From an uncultured Gammaproteobacteria bacterium (GTDB lineage: Bacteria > Patescibacteriota > Microgenomatia > Levybacterales > UBA12049), in the NCBI GenBank assembly GCA_964537895.1, contig CAZIDK010000002.1, forward strand, positions 18,287 to 82,286: 64,000 nt of DNA, read 5' to 3'. A program made the position numbers and the translations under genes. The notes beneath the pieces are model-generated. The model saw only the letters and a list, made by a program, of their open reading frames with translations. It searched no databases and was not told the DNA's origin. Shown in pieces: positions 17,046 to 26,311 of this stretch. The stretch's first letter is position 1; the number at the start of each line of letters is the position of its first letter.

Positions 17046-17537
17046 ATGGATAATACGCCAAAAGAATTGACTCCGGTTCCTCCTGGAGAAACTGTTTCTA
17101 CCGAAACTCCTCAAGCAAGAATTAGAACTATCAAAACTCAATTGGAAAAAACAAGAGAGTTGAGGGATTATCCAAAGGGTGTTCAGTATAATGTTGAAGG
17201 GCCTATGATTCCCGTTAATCCTAACGCAAAGGAAGGGCAATGGTTGGGCGTTCTTAATGTAGAAGGAATAGGAACAGATACGGTTACACTGGACTATCAC
17301 TCAACAAGTAATGGAAAAGCGTTTGTAGTAAAAATCGGAGAAGATGTAACCATAGAAGGAGACGTGGATATAAATGAAGTAGCAGAACTTCTTCCACCAC
17401 TCTTTGCAAAATTTAATCAATTTGGACATTTTATAAGAGACGAGAACGCAATTCATCTTGGAGCGATTAAAAATTTAGATTACTTTGACAGGGTGACAGG
17501 AATTATGAAATCAGCTTCTCCCCGAATAAAACCATAG
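17046..17537 (+). CDS. hypothetical protein
   Basis: 163-aa ORF; possible TTGACA-N17-CATATT promoter 30 nt upstream. Confidence 0.45.
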   Translation: MDNTPKELTPVPPGETVSTETPQARIRTIKTQLEKTRELRDYPKGVQYNVEGPMIPVNPNAKEGQWLGVLNVEGIGTDTVTLDYHSTSNGKAFVVKIGEDVTIEGDVDINEVAELLPPLFAKFNQFGHFIRDENAIHLGAIKNLDYFDRVTGIMKSASPRIKP

Positions 17538-17698
17538 TCGTAGCATATATAAAATTCTTCCAAAAGAGGTTAAAAGTTCAAATCCATTCTGGGGTTGCAC
17601 AGTTTGAATGGTTTTTTGAGGCTTGGAAAAAAGCTGAGCATACCGCTCTCGAACCGTTTAGTCGTTATAACTGAAAATAAAAGAAATCTGTTAAGATT

Positions 17699-18376
17699 TT
17701 AATCTAAAATTTTCACTATCGATGAAAGGAATTCTTCTATATTAACATCAAGACCACTGTCAGTTGGCGCTGGAACATCGGTTGGCTTAGTAGGCCTTAA
17801 CACGGGTCCATGTGTAGAAATTCCAAAAGAGAAAATATAAGCTCCACTTGTCTTAGGATTATCTGTATGTTCTATAAGATGATTTCTTACATCTCTTATT
17901 CCTTTTGGCTTAAAGTTCTTAAATTTAGGTAATTGATTTAATCGTAGAATTACAGACCATAAGTTATGATAAATTGATTCTGTTTTTGAATGCAAAAGCT
18001 TAACTTCGGGGATTCTTAAGTCAGGTTGTAAATCTAGTTTACCCATATCATATGCTGCAACTTCAGAAGACTGTACTTTCTTTACTTTTCCTCCAACTGA
18101 ACTTAGGTATTTTGCGAGTTGAGGATCTGTCTTTGCTGCCTTAGTAAGAATTTTATTAATATTTTCATCTGTCATCATTTTCCTTATATTTTCAAGGCCT
18201 GGATCTTCATTAAGCAATGCAGAATTCAAATCAAAAGTGGATCTGTATTCATCTGAGATATTTTTTATTCTGGCAATAATTTCGTTGAGGATTGTGATTT
18301 GATAAGGTTCCAACAAAGCATCTTGTTGATACTTGGTAAGAAGCTCAATTACAGTTGTAAATGGTTCTGATTTCAT
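17699..18376 (-). CDS. hypothetical protein
   Basis: 225-aa ORF; no recognised motif. Confidence 0.45.
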   Translation of the reverse strand: MKSEPFTTVIELLTKYQQDALLEPYQITILNEIIARIKNISDEYRSTFDLNSALLNEDPGLENIRKMMTDENINKILTKAAKTDPQLAKYLSSVGGKVKKVQSSEVAAYDMGKLDLQPDLRIPEVKLLHSKTESIYHNLWSVILRLNQLPKFKNFKPKGIRDVRNHLIEHTDNPKTSGAYIFSFGISTHGPVLRPTKPTDVPAPTDSGLDVNIEEFLSSIVKILD

Positions 18377-18617
18377 TTTTTAATTTAGGAGATCACTACT
18401 GCACGTCCTTGCTGGGAAACATGGATCCCCGCTTTCTTCGGGACAAGTCGAACCATGATGGTAAGATCCAAAGCCAACGCTTTTAAGCGTGGTCGCGCAA
18501 CATGCGCCGATCTTACGTCTCATCGCCGTTGGTCATCGCTTCCAGCGAGATCCCGTCATCGGCGTTGGCGAGACCGCGCCGCAGGCGCTGGCTACCATTT
18601 AGAATTACTAGGCTAGG

Positions 18618-18688
18618 CTGCCGGGCTTGGATTCGAACCAAAATAGGTAGCTCCAAAGACTACCGTCCTACCATTAGACGACCCGGCA
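18618..18688 (-). tRNA. tRNA-Gln (anticodon TTG)
   Basis: U1:A72 acceptor TGCCGGG/CCCGGCA, G discriminator, anticodon loop CTTTGGA, T-loop TTCGAAT. Confidence 0.65.
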
Positions 18689-19426
18689 TTGAATACAAAT
18701 TCCCTCTATCCACCCTGTTATTCTTCTGTTTAAAGCACTACTTTTTCTAATCCTAATTCTTAACAAACCATGATAATTTTCCTCGATATTTTTTCTGTAA
18801 ACTTTTACTTTGTGTTTCTTGTAGTATATTTTATCAAATCTTCCTATTGAAAATCCAGTCGCATCAGACCAAAATGTTTTTACTTTTTCAATATCATGCT
18901 TATGGTTTTCGTGAATATATATTGAAAACTGTATATCTTCAACTGGGATTTGCAAGCAAATATCAAGCCATTTTAGAAATACCTTAATCATTTGTGAGTC
19001 TGAATTACTAAAAATTATACTTTGACCTGGTTTATATTCTTTGTCTTTTGCTCCTTCAGCCCAATAAAGCATAATGCCCATTAACCATAAATCTCTTGTA
19101 TCTATTATTTTAATCTTTTTTTTAATTTCCAGATAAGCTTGTTTTTTAATTGATTTTGTTGTAGTGAGTCTCCAGTTTTTTCTACTTTGACCGCCTCTTT
19201 GAATAGCTAATAATTTTTTTTCAGTGAGTCTTTGTATCTGCTTTTTGGAAAGTTCTACAGATCGAAGCCACAATGATAGTGTTGATCTAGCAACAGGTAT
19301 TTTTTGGAGTATTTCCGAATAAGATAACCCTTCGCGTCTTAAATTAATTGCCCTCTCCCTTAGTCGTTCCTTCATATGAACAAAGGTTATATTATCTAGT
19401 ATATACAACTTATGTTCGAATATCAA
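18674..19426 (-). CDS. HTH plus LAGLIDADG-like homing-endonuclease-like protein
   Basis: N-terminal HTH (SYSEILQKIPVARSTLSLWLR); LMGIMLYWAEGAKD resembles a LAGLIDADG motif; stop overlaps 5' end of tRNA-Gln by 15 nt. Confidence 0.35.
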   Translation of the reverse strand: MIFEHKLYILDNITFVHMKERLRERAINLRREGLSYSEILQKIPVARSTLSLWLRSVELSKKQIQRLTEKKLLAIQRGGQSRKNWRLTTTKSIKKQAYLEIKKKIKIIDTRDLWLMGIMLYWAEGAKDKEYKPGQSIIFSNSDSQMIKVFLKWLDICLQIPVEDIQFSIYIHENHKHDIEKVKTFWSDATGFSIGRFDKIYYKKHKVKVYRKNIEENYHGLLRIRIRKSSALNRRITGWIEGICIQCRVV

Positions 19427-19485
19427 AGTCGATTCCTATAATTGGATGATTTTTTCTCCCAATGATTATTTAGTTATATTGAAAT

Positions 19486-19746
19486 TTATGCTAAATATAC
19501 CAGGGTTCCGGATTTTACCTCTTTGTCAACTTTTACCGCAACTTCGTGTCCTTTCTTACCTTCCTTAACCTGAACATGTTCAAGCTGCATTGACTCAATT
19601 GTCTGTTCAAACTCATCTTCTCCGTGAACAAAGTTAACGTTATCTCCAACTTTTAAAGATTTTTCAAGCTTTATAACGGCAACTCCAATTTTGTCGTAGT
19701 AATGGATTACCTTACCAACTAAATCTTTATTCGCCACAAATCTCAC
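19486..19746 (-). CDS. small beta-barrel protein, hypothetical
   Basis: 86-aa ORF. Confidence 0.4.
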   Translation of the reverse strand: MRFVANKDLVGKVIHYYDKIGVAVIKLEKSLKVGDNVNFVHGEDEFEQTIESMQLEHVQVKEGKKGHEVAVKVDKEVKSGTLVYLA

Positions 19747-19826
19747 CCCCTTTACAAGCTCTATCGTTTAATGATACCAAATTAACCTCTTTCCTTCAAC
19801 AAAATAAATCGGTAGAATATAAATCT

Positions 19827-20801
19827 ATGCGCAAAATGACCAAGATTCTCTTCGTTTTACTCTTTTTAGGGTTCTTGGGCACTAGTCTTCTAATTGCTTT
19901 GAGGCCGTATTTTATAGCTTCCGGGCAAAAACAAACCATTCTCTCTCCCATTCCAATTTTTTTAACTCTTTATGCAAACGGCCAAGTTTCAACGCTTAAT
20001 TTATGGCTTCCGCTTCTTGATAATATAGCGTTTTCAAATATTAAAAAACCGGAAATTGAAGGTAAATCTGCTCTTTTATATGATTTAACAGCGAAAAAAG
20101 TTTTATATGCAAAAAATCCAAAAGAAAAACTGCCTATGGCGTCTTTAACAAAAATAATGACCGCAATTGTAGCCTTGGAAAATAAAAAATCAGATGATAG
20201 GTACATTGTTAGCAAGCAGGATTTGGTAGGAGAAAACTCAATGGGGCTATCGGAAGGAGAAGTCCTACCCTTAAAAGAGTTGCTGTACGGACTTATATTG
20301 GTGTCCGGTAACGATGCTGCCGAAACACTTGCCGCTAATTATAAAGACGGAAGAACGGCCTTTATAAAAGCTATGAATGATAAAACCAAAGCTCTCGGGC
20401 TTTCAGATACAAATTTTACCAATCCGACGGGTCTTGAGGGGGATGGGAAACAATATACAACTGCCTATGATTTAATCGTAATAACAGAATATGCTTTAAC
20501 AAAATTTCCTTTATTTAGAGAAGTAGTTTCAACATTTAACTATACAATAGAACAAACAGATACGCATAAGGCGTTTTATTTGGAAAATGAAACAAACCTT
20601 TTAACAAGTTACCCGGGGGTTAAAGGAGTCAAAACTGGATATACGCCCGAAGCCGGTTTTTGTCTTGTCACATATTTGGACTATGAAGGTCATCAGATAA
20701 TTGGAGTGATTTTAGGAAGCCAAAATAGGCGTGAAGAGATGAAAGAGCTACTAGATTTTGGACTTAAAGAACAAGGTGTAAGCCCGCCTCCCCACAATTG
20801 A
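19827..20801 (+). CDS. D-alanyl-D-alanine carboxypeptidase (S11, DacB/PBP5-like)
   Basis: SLTK (SxxK), SGND (SxN) and KTG motifs; signal peptide. Confidence 0.75.
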   Translation: MRKMTKILFVLLFLGFLGTSLLIALRPYFIASGQKQTILSPIPIFLTLYANGQVSTLNLWLPLLDNIAFSNIKKPEIEGKSALLYDLTAKKVLYAKNPKEKLPMASLTKIMTAIVALENKKSDDRYIVSKQDLVGENSMGLSEGEVLPLKELLYGLILVSGNDAAETLAANYKDGRTAFIKAMNDKTKALGLSDTNFTNPTGLEGDGKQYTTAYDLIVITEYALTKFPLFREVVSTFNYTIEQTDTHKAFYLENETNLLTSYPGVKGVKTGYTPEAGFCLVTYLDYEGHQIIGVILGSQNRREEMKELLDFGLKEQGVSPPPHN

Positions 20802-20834
20802 TTTAAAAGTACATATAAAGTAAAATTAGAGAGC

Positions 20835-20919
20835 GCCGCGGTGGTGGAATGGCAGACACGAGGGCCTTAAGAGCCTTTGTCCTTCATCGGACGTGAGAGT
20901 TCGACTCTCTCTCGCGGCA
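20835..20919 (+). tRNA. tRNA-Leu (anticodon TAA)
   Basis: Acceptor GCCGCGG/TCGCGGC, anticodon loop CTTAAGA, long variable arm, T-loop TTCGACT. Confidence 0.7.
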
Positions 20920-20925
20920 CATTCC

Positions 20926-20997
20926 CGGAGTGTAGTTCATCGGTAGAACGCTCGGTTTGGGACCGAGAAGTAGGAGGTCCAATTCCTCTCACTCCGA
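20926..20997 (+). tRNA. tRNA-Pro (anticodon TGG)
   Basis: C1:G72 acceptor CGGAGTG/CACTCCG, anticodon stem CTCGG/CCGAG with loop TTTGGGA. Confidence 0.7.
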
Positions 20998-21027
20998 CAT
21001 ATTTGTTATAATCAATTTCATGTTCAT

Positions 21028-21098
21028 GCGGGTGTAGTTCAATGGCAGAACGCAACTTTTCCAAAGTTGTCACGAGAGTTCGATTCTCTTCACCCGCT
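21028..21098 (+). tRNA. tRNA-Gly (anticodon TCC)
   Basis: Acceptor GCGGGTG/CACCCGC, anticodon stem CAACT/AGTTG with loop TTTCCAA, T-loop TTCGATT. Confidence 0.75.
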
Positions 21099-21105
21099 CA
21101 CAAGT

Positions 21106-21942
21106 TTATTTGATAACAGAAAGAAGAATTTTAAAGCTTCCGAAAAATCCATAAAGCCCAATAGTTATAAAAGCTAATCCTCCCGAAATTAAAACAAAAG
21201 GATGTTTAACAACGGCAATAGTTGTTTTGTAAGATGCGAAAAGTCCGATGGTCAAAATCATATGCCCCAAGAGCACCCCAACTGAAAATCCAAAAACATT
21301 AATATAGGTAAAAAGCGGAATGTATCCTGAAAAATCGTTAAGTCCCAATATGAACGGAATTGTAAAAGAAAATACGATTAAGTTTGCAAATGAAAGTTTT
21401 TTGGTCCTTGTTAAATCCAAGTTGGGAACGAAAAACCTAAGGATTGGCCTGAATAACTTATTTACAAAGTTAAGTTGTTCCTGAAGAAGCGAAACTGGCA
21501 TTCTTATCTGTATAAAACTTTTTTTCTGCTTTAAAAATTCTTCCAAAGACTCTTCTGCCATTTTAAGCAGAACGACGGATGAAATAAAAATCAAAACCAT
21601 CATAAGAAGCGGGATTTCCTTAAAAAGTGTCCATATGATAAGTATTGCAAACGTTCCGGCGGCATTTCCCATTGCTGTTCCAAGTGAGATAGCGACTCTT
21701 TTTTTCCACCCGGGATTTGTTTCCATAAGATTTCCAATATATATTGCAAAATCAATTGCGGTTTTAAGATAAATTGCGATTCCAAATAATACTTCCCTTC
21801 TTCTAAAATCAAGAATAATAGGAAAACTTAAACGAAGAGAATCAAGAATGAGTAAAATTCCGTATAATACGGTTGCGAGCGCAAGGAAAGTAAGGATGGT
21901 TAAAAATACAGGAACGGCTTGTTGGATAAAAATTTTTTTCAT
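21106..21942 (-). CDS. polytopic membrane protein, hypothetical
   Basis: 278 aa with about 7 predicted TM helices. Confidence 0.5.
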   Translation of the reverse strand: MKKIFIQQAVPVFLTILTFLALATVLYGILLILDSLRLSFPIILDFRRREVLFGIAIYLKTAIDFAIYIGNLMETNPGWKKRVAISLGTAMGNAAGTFAILIIWTLFKEIPLLMMVLIFISSVVLLKMAEESLEEFLKQKKSFIQIRMPVSLLQEQLNFVNKLFRPILRFFVPNLDLTRTKKLSFANLIVFSFTIPFILGLNDFSGYIPLFTYINVFGFSVGVLLGHMILTIGLFASYKTTIAVVKHPFVLISGGLAFITIGLYGFFGSFKILLSVIK

Positions 21943-22039
21943 TGGATAAATTCCTTCAAATTATACAATAAAACAAAAACTTTTGTTTTGGGAGTGTTTT
22001 TGGTAAAATAGATATATGGCCCGCCCGACACGCAAGACG

Positions 22040-22075
22040 ACCTGCCCGCCAGTGCCAGGCTTTGGCAGGCGGGGC
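22040..22075. repeat. GC-rich conserved stem-loop motif, copy 1
   Basis: ACCTGCCCGCCAGTGCCAGGCTTTGGCAGGCGGGGC; 37/40 identical to 58391..58427. Confidence 0.6.
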
Positions 22076-22096
22076 TTGCGAAGTCGTTGCGGACAG

Positions 22097-22169
22097 GGCC
22101 CGGTAGCTCAACGGATAGAGCGAGTGCGTTCTAAGCACCAGGTTGGGGGTTCGATTCCCTCCCGGGTCA
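22097..22169 (+). tRNA. tRNA-Arg (anticodon TCT)
   Basis: Acceptor GGCCCGG/CCGGGTC, anticodon loop GTTCTAA, T-loop TTCGATT. Confidence 0.65.
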
Positions 22170-22288
22170 CCGAGCTAAGCTCGGTGATAGCCAGCTCAGC
22201 TGGCTCACCAACTTAACACAGGTGGATTAGCCAGCCAGAGCTAAGCTCAGCTTTGTCAGCTGGCTCACCAAGTCTCATGTAATCCTAC

Positions 22289-22564
22289 ATGTATTACGTT
22301 TATATACTTTTTTCAGCGGCTGACAGGCAACTCTATACAGGTTTTACAGATAATCTTCGTTCAAGAGTTAAGGCGCATTCGGGTGGTTATGTAAGAGCGA
22401 CAAAAAACAGAAGGCCCTTAAAGTTAATTTATTACGAAGCATATTTAAGAGAATCAGACGCGAGAAAAAGAGAAAAGTATCTAAAGGGTGGAAATGGTAG
22501 GGGTGAGATGAAAATTCAATTGAGAGAAATTTTGGAAGAGTTGAAGTATAGAAATTTACAATGA
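22289..22564 (+). CDS. GIY-YIG domain mini-nuclease (YhbQ-like)
   Basis: MYYVYILFSAADRQLYTGFTDNLRSRVKAH; 120 nt downstream of tRNA-Arg. Confidence 0.75.
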   Translation: MYYVYILFSAADRQLYTGFTDNLRSRVKAHSGGYVRATKNRRPLKLIYYEAYLRESDARKREKYLKGGNGRGEMKIQLREILEELKYRNLQ

Positions 22565-23127
22565 AAATAGCTATTTTAGGCGGAAGATTTGACCCGCCTC
22601 ACACAGGTCATTTCTTAATTGCCCAGCAAACTTTAGATTTCTATACTTATATAGATAAAGTTGTTTTTATCCCCGCATATAAACATGCTTGGAGTCCGAT
22701 TACAGCTAGCGCAAGAGATAGAATTTCAATGCTGCAATCCTGCCTGCAAAGCAGAATGGAAGTATCGGATATTGAAGTCCGCCGCAAAAAAATAAGTTAT
22801 ACGATAGATACGGTAAAAGCAATAAAAAAAGTAACCGGTGCAGATATTTACTGGGTTATAGGAGCAGATATCCTGCAGGAGTTTCATCAGTGGAAAAATC
22901 ATGAAGAGCTTGTAAAAATCGTAAAGTTCATCGTATTCCCAAGAGACCCTCATTTTCTGCCTAAAAAAATTCCGCAAGGCTTTGAAGTAATGAAGTCTTC
23001 AAAACTTTTAACAACTAACTTTTCCTCATCTATAATAAGAGAAAGGGTAAAGCAGAAAAAATCAATTAAATATCTTGTTCCGGAGGCTGTCGAGCAATAT
23101 ATAAGAAATCATAATTTATATGAATAA
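22561..23127 (+). CDS. nadD: nicotinate-nucleotide adenylyltransferase
   Basis: GGRFDPPHTGH nucleotidyltransferase motif; overlaps nadE start. Confidence 0.85.
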   Translation: MKIAILGGRFDPPHTGHFLIAQQTLDFYTYIDKVVFIPAYKHAWSPITASARDRISMLQSCLQSRMEVSDIEVRRKKISYTIDTVKAIKKVTGADIYWVIGADILQEFHQWKNHEELVKIVKFIVFPRDPHFLPKKIPQGFEVMKSSKLLTTNFSSSIIRERVKQKKSIKYLVPEAVEQYIRNHNLYE

Positions 23128-23887
23128 TTTACCAACAATAAATTCTAAAGAAGAAACTCTAAGGATTCAGTCATTCATAAAAGACGTTATGTCAACGCAC
23201 CGCAAAGAGAATGTTGTCATTGGTGTTTCGGGCGGAATTGACTCTGCTACAAGTTTATACCTGCTTAAAAATTCCATTCCCCTGGGAAATATTAAGGTAA
23301 TCAGTATGCCTTATTTTGATAATAGCCTATCTGACGTTAGCGAAATTGTAGAAAGTATTCACTTGCCAAATAAGCAGATTACTGCTATTTCTATTAAGCC
23401 AATTGTAGACGTTCTTTCCAAAACTCTTGGTGTTTTGGATACGGATATTATTAGGAAGGGTAATATTATGGCAAGGGTAAGAATGATTATCATTTACGAT
23501 TTGGCAAAAAAGTTGAATGCGCTAGTTTGCGGAACGGAAAATAGATCCGAATATCGTTTAGGATATTTCACCAGATTCGGAGACGAGGCTTCGGACGTTG
23601 AGCCTCTGCGGCAATTATACAAAACACAGGTTTATGAGCTCGCAAGGTACTTAAAAGTTCCACAAAGCGTTATTGAGAAACAGCCATCCGCAAACTTGTG
23701 GGAAAATCAAACAGATGAGGATGAGCTTGGATTTTCCTACGTAGAGGCGGATCCTGTTCTTTACTTATATTTTGATAAAAAGGTGTCGGTTGAAGATATC
23801 CAAAAACAAGGGTTCAAAAATGCAAAGAAAATCATTGATTTTGCAGAAAAGAATTCTTACAAACACCACGTTCCCTACGTAATCTAA
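23120..23887 (+). CDS. nadE: NH3-dependent NAD+ synthetase
   Basis: GVSGGIDSAT PP-loop (SGGxDS). Confidence 0.85.
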   Translation: MNNLPTINSKEETLRIQSFIKDVMSTHRKENVVIGVSGGIDSATSLYLLKNSIPLGNIKVISMPYFDNSLSDVSEIVESIHLPNKQITAISIKPIVDVLSKTLGVLDTDIIRKGNIMARVRMIIIYDLAKKLNALVCGTENRSEYRLGYFTRFGDEASDVEPLRQLYKTQVYELARYLKVPQSVIEKQPSANLWENQTDEDELGFSYVEADPVLYLYFDKKVSVEDIQKQGFKNAKKIIDFAEKNSYKHHVPYVI

Positions 23888-23896
23888 ATTGCTTTA

Positions 23897-23972
23897 TGGG
23901 GTGGATGACGGGGATCGAACCCGCGGCCACCTGGACCACAACCAGGAGCTCTACCACTGAGCTACATCCACC
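23897..23972 (-). tRNA. tRNA-His (anticodon GTG) with G-1 and encoded CCA
   Basis: G-1:C73 extra pair, acceptor GTGGATG/CATCCAC, anticodon stem CCTGG/CCAGG with loop TTGTGGT. Confidence 0.8.
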
Positions 23973-24153
23973 AAGTCGAACTTGGTAGTCGAGTCTGACT
24001 CGACACCATAATCAAATTATATCATTTTCTAAGCTTAATGAAAAATACCCCTAAGCTCAAGGATTACGTTTGCAAGATTAAAAAGTGGCTACGGTAGAAA
24101 GCAATTTAAAGAAATTCTAAAAAATACACTTAAACCTCTGGTATAATCAAATA

Positions 24154-24756
24154 ATGTTAAATTTTTATCTCGTCAGACATGGAGCAAAAGAAGCAATTCC
24201 ATTTGATCCACGATTGACAGAAGTTGGTCTAAAGCAAGCTGAAGTTACCGCAGAATACCTAAAAGATATTTCATTCAATGAAATTCTTACCAGTCCTAAA
24301 TTGAGGGCAAAACAAACCGCTGAAACAATTGCAAAACCACATTCGCTTATGGTTCGTACAGATGCTAGATTAGTAGAGCGTTTAGAATGGGAAAATGATG
24401 AGTCCTTCAACGATTTTATTACTGAATGGAATAAAACAGACATTAATAGAAATTATTTGCCTAAGAAAGGTAGTTCATCAAAAGAAAAAGGTGAGTTAAT
24501 GAAAGACATACTCGATGAATTGTCAAATAATTATAAAGATGGTAATGTTCTTATTGTTACCCATGGAGGGTCAATTGGAGACTTATTAAGGCATTTATTT
24601 ACAGAGGAAGCTCTTAGTCACAAAACAGAACCACTTTCGGGAACAAAATATATTGATATTTTAGAATGTTCTGTAACAACAATCCAAAAGAATGAAGATA
24701 GTTACAAATTATTAAATCTAAATGATATCTCTCATCTCTCAATTCCTTTAATTTAA
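24154..24756 (+). CDS. histidine phosphatase family protein (phosphoglycerate mutase-like)
   Basis: N-terminal LVRHG (RHG catalytic motif), THGG later. Confidence 0.65.
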   Translation: MLNFYLVRHGAKEAIPFDPRLTEVGLKQAEVTAEYLKDISFNEILTSPKLRAKQTAETIAKPHSLMVRTDARLVERLEWENDESFNDFITEWNKTDINRNYLPKKGSSSKEKGELMKDILDELSNNYKDGNVLIVTHGGSIGDLLRHLFTEEALSHKTEPLSGTKYIDILECSVTTIQKNEDSYKLLNLNDISHLSIPLI

Positions 24757-24954
24757 CTTAAGCTTGCGAATGAAGTTTTATAAAATATTACTTCCATTTG
24801 ATTTAAAAACTAAAATGAGCTCTAACGCCGTTCGCTAGCTGACCCAAAGCAAATTTAGATTCGCTTGATAAGTTGGATAAATGTTGGCGTTGGCGGACTT
24901 TGTGGGAACTTTTTACCCCTTGAAAAGTTATATTTCCTAACGTAATATGGAACT

Positions 24955-25338
24955 ATGAATGACAAAAAACTTCTGGAACAAATCGAAGGGCTGATTACTA
25001 AAAATCTTGATCCAATCAAGCAAGATTTAAATGGTGTTAAGCAGGGTATCAGTGGTGTTAAGCAGGATATCAGTGGAGTTAAGCAGGATATCAGTGGAGT
25101 TAAGCAGGATATCAGTGGAGTTAAGCAAGATTTAAATGTTGTTAAACAAAATATCAGGGGACTAAAGCAACAATTAGATTCAGTTGAAATGAAGGTTGAA
25201 GTGGTAAATAAAAGAGTAGAGCAATCACAGCATGAAACGATTGAGGCGCTTTCCGAACTTGTTAATACTGGATACAAGTTGCATGAAGAAAGACTTAAAC
25301 GCGTTGAGGAACATTTAAATATACCTGTAAAGAACTAG
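24955..25338 (+). CDS. coiled-coil protein with five GVKQDIS heptad repeats
   Basis: Tandem heptads encoded by 21-bp DNA repeats; C-terminus LSELVNTGYKLHEERLKRVEEHL shared with the 27321..27599 paralog. Confidence 0.6.
   Translation: MNDKKLLEQIEGLITKNLDPIKQDLNGVKQGISGVKQDISGVKQDISGVKQDISGVKQDLNVVKQNIRGLKQQLDSVEMKVEVVNKRVEQSQHETIEALSELVNTGYKLHEERLKRVEEHLNIPVKN
25033..25137 (+). repeat. 21-bp tandem repeat x5 inside the CDS (GGWGTTAAGCAGGRTATCAGT)
   Basis: Five near-identical consecutive 21-mers. Confidence 0.8.
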
Positions 25339-25466
25339 TTTCAGTAAGTCATCATTATTTCTCCATCATTTTTCGTAGAATTTACAGTGTGTAAGTTACG
25401 TCCAAAGTAACGACAACGCAGGTAAAAGAGATTAAAACAAAAAGAGTTTGTTTTAAACAGTCCATT

Positions 25467-25493
25467 CGGGGAAACCCGGTGGGTTGTTTTTTT
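25467..25493 (+). terminator. putative rho-independent terminator
   Basis: CGGGGAAACCCG hairpin followed by a T-run (GTTGTTTTTTT). Confidence 0.35.
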
Positions 25494-25510
25494 ATTTAAC
25501 TTCTTAGCTA

Positions 25511-25545
25511 CTAGGGGTCTTCCCCCCCTCTTTTGACAAGGGTTT
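25511..25545 (-). repeat. 32-nt element AACCCTTGNNAAAAGAGGGGGAAGRSCCCTAG, copy 1 (3' of HD gene)
   Basis: Four copies in the window; see findings. Confidence 0.6.
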
Positions 25546-25562
25546 GGATGAAATTACTGGGT

Positions 25563-26282
25563 TCAGGGATTTAATAAGTCATCAAATGTAATCAAAAAAT
25601 CAGGTCTTTCTTTTATTCCCTCTAAAGCTTTTTCTACAAACTCTTTTCTTTCATCAAACCCGTTTTGCAACATTTCCTTTCCTTTTTTAGTTCTTAATCC
25701 CATTGCTTTTAATTGCTCAACAATAAATAGTCTGGATTGCAAAAAATTGTCTAATCTATACCCTTCGTCATTTCCGTCAGGAAACTGTTTATATTCATAA
25801 AGCGAAACAAAGAAAGGATACATACTTGCGTAACCTGCTTGGTTTAGAATATCTGCGTCAAATAAAATATCCGACTCAACGCTTATCCCTGGAGTAGCAT
25901 ATTCTACAAACGCTTTAACAGTACTCTCAGTTTCTTCATCATTAAAACCAGAATCCTTGAGAATTTGTCTTGAGATTCCTGCTCCTGCTTCTTCGTGGCC
26001 TTCTTTCGTCCTAGTTATTGAATATCCTATATCGTGAAGAACGCAAGCAGCTATAAGAATAGAGGGATTAAATTCTAACTTGTCGCTTTCAGCTATTACC
26101 AAAGCTCTATAAGTAACTTGAGCTATATGGGTATTGAAATTATGATTAGGAAGATTGGCTTTATCATAAACCTCTCTTGATAATGTAATTACTTGTTTAA
26201 GTCTGGGATCTGCTTCAAGATATTTGTTTAAAATATCTTTTCCTAGTTCTGGATTTCCTTTTTGCTCTGTTTTCATAGGCAT
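25563..26282 (-). CDS. HD-domain phosphohydrolase
   Basis: VLHDIGY HD motif. Confidence 0.65.
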   Translation of the reverse strand: MPMKTEQKGNPELGKDILNKYLEADPRLKQVITLSREVYDKANLPNHNFNTHIAQVTYRALVIAESDKLEFNPSILIAACVLHDIGYSITRTKEGHEEAGAGISRQILKDSGFNDEETESTVKAFVEYATPGISVESDILFDADILNQAGYASMYPFFVSLYEYKQFPDGNDEGYRLDNFLQSRLFIVEQLKAMGLRTKKGKEMLQNGFDERKEFVEKALEGIKERPDFLITFDDLLNP

Positions 26283-26311
26283 ATTATACGCTTTTAATTA
26301 CAAACTTTCTT

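Noticed and set aside
22050-22070. sigma-54 promoter (TGGCAC...GC) inside the GC-rich motif
   Set aside because: The GG-to-GC spacing is 11 rather than 12, and there is no TTGCA -12 element. No sigma-54 activator genes were seen.
24855-25277. 140-aa minus-strand ORF with CLTPLIS repeats
   Set aside because: It is an antisense artefact of the 21-bp tandem repeat inside the GVKQDIS-repeat gene. The plus-strand gene has the convincing start, coiled-coil periodicity and paralog.
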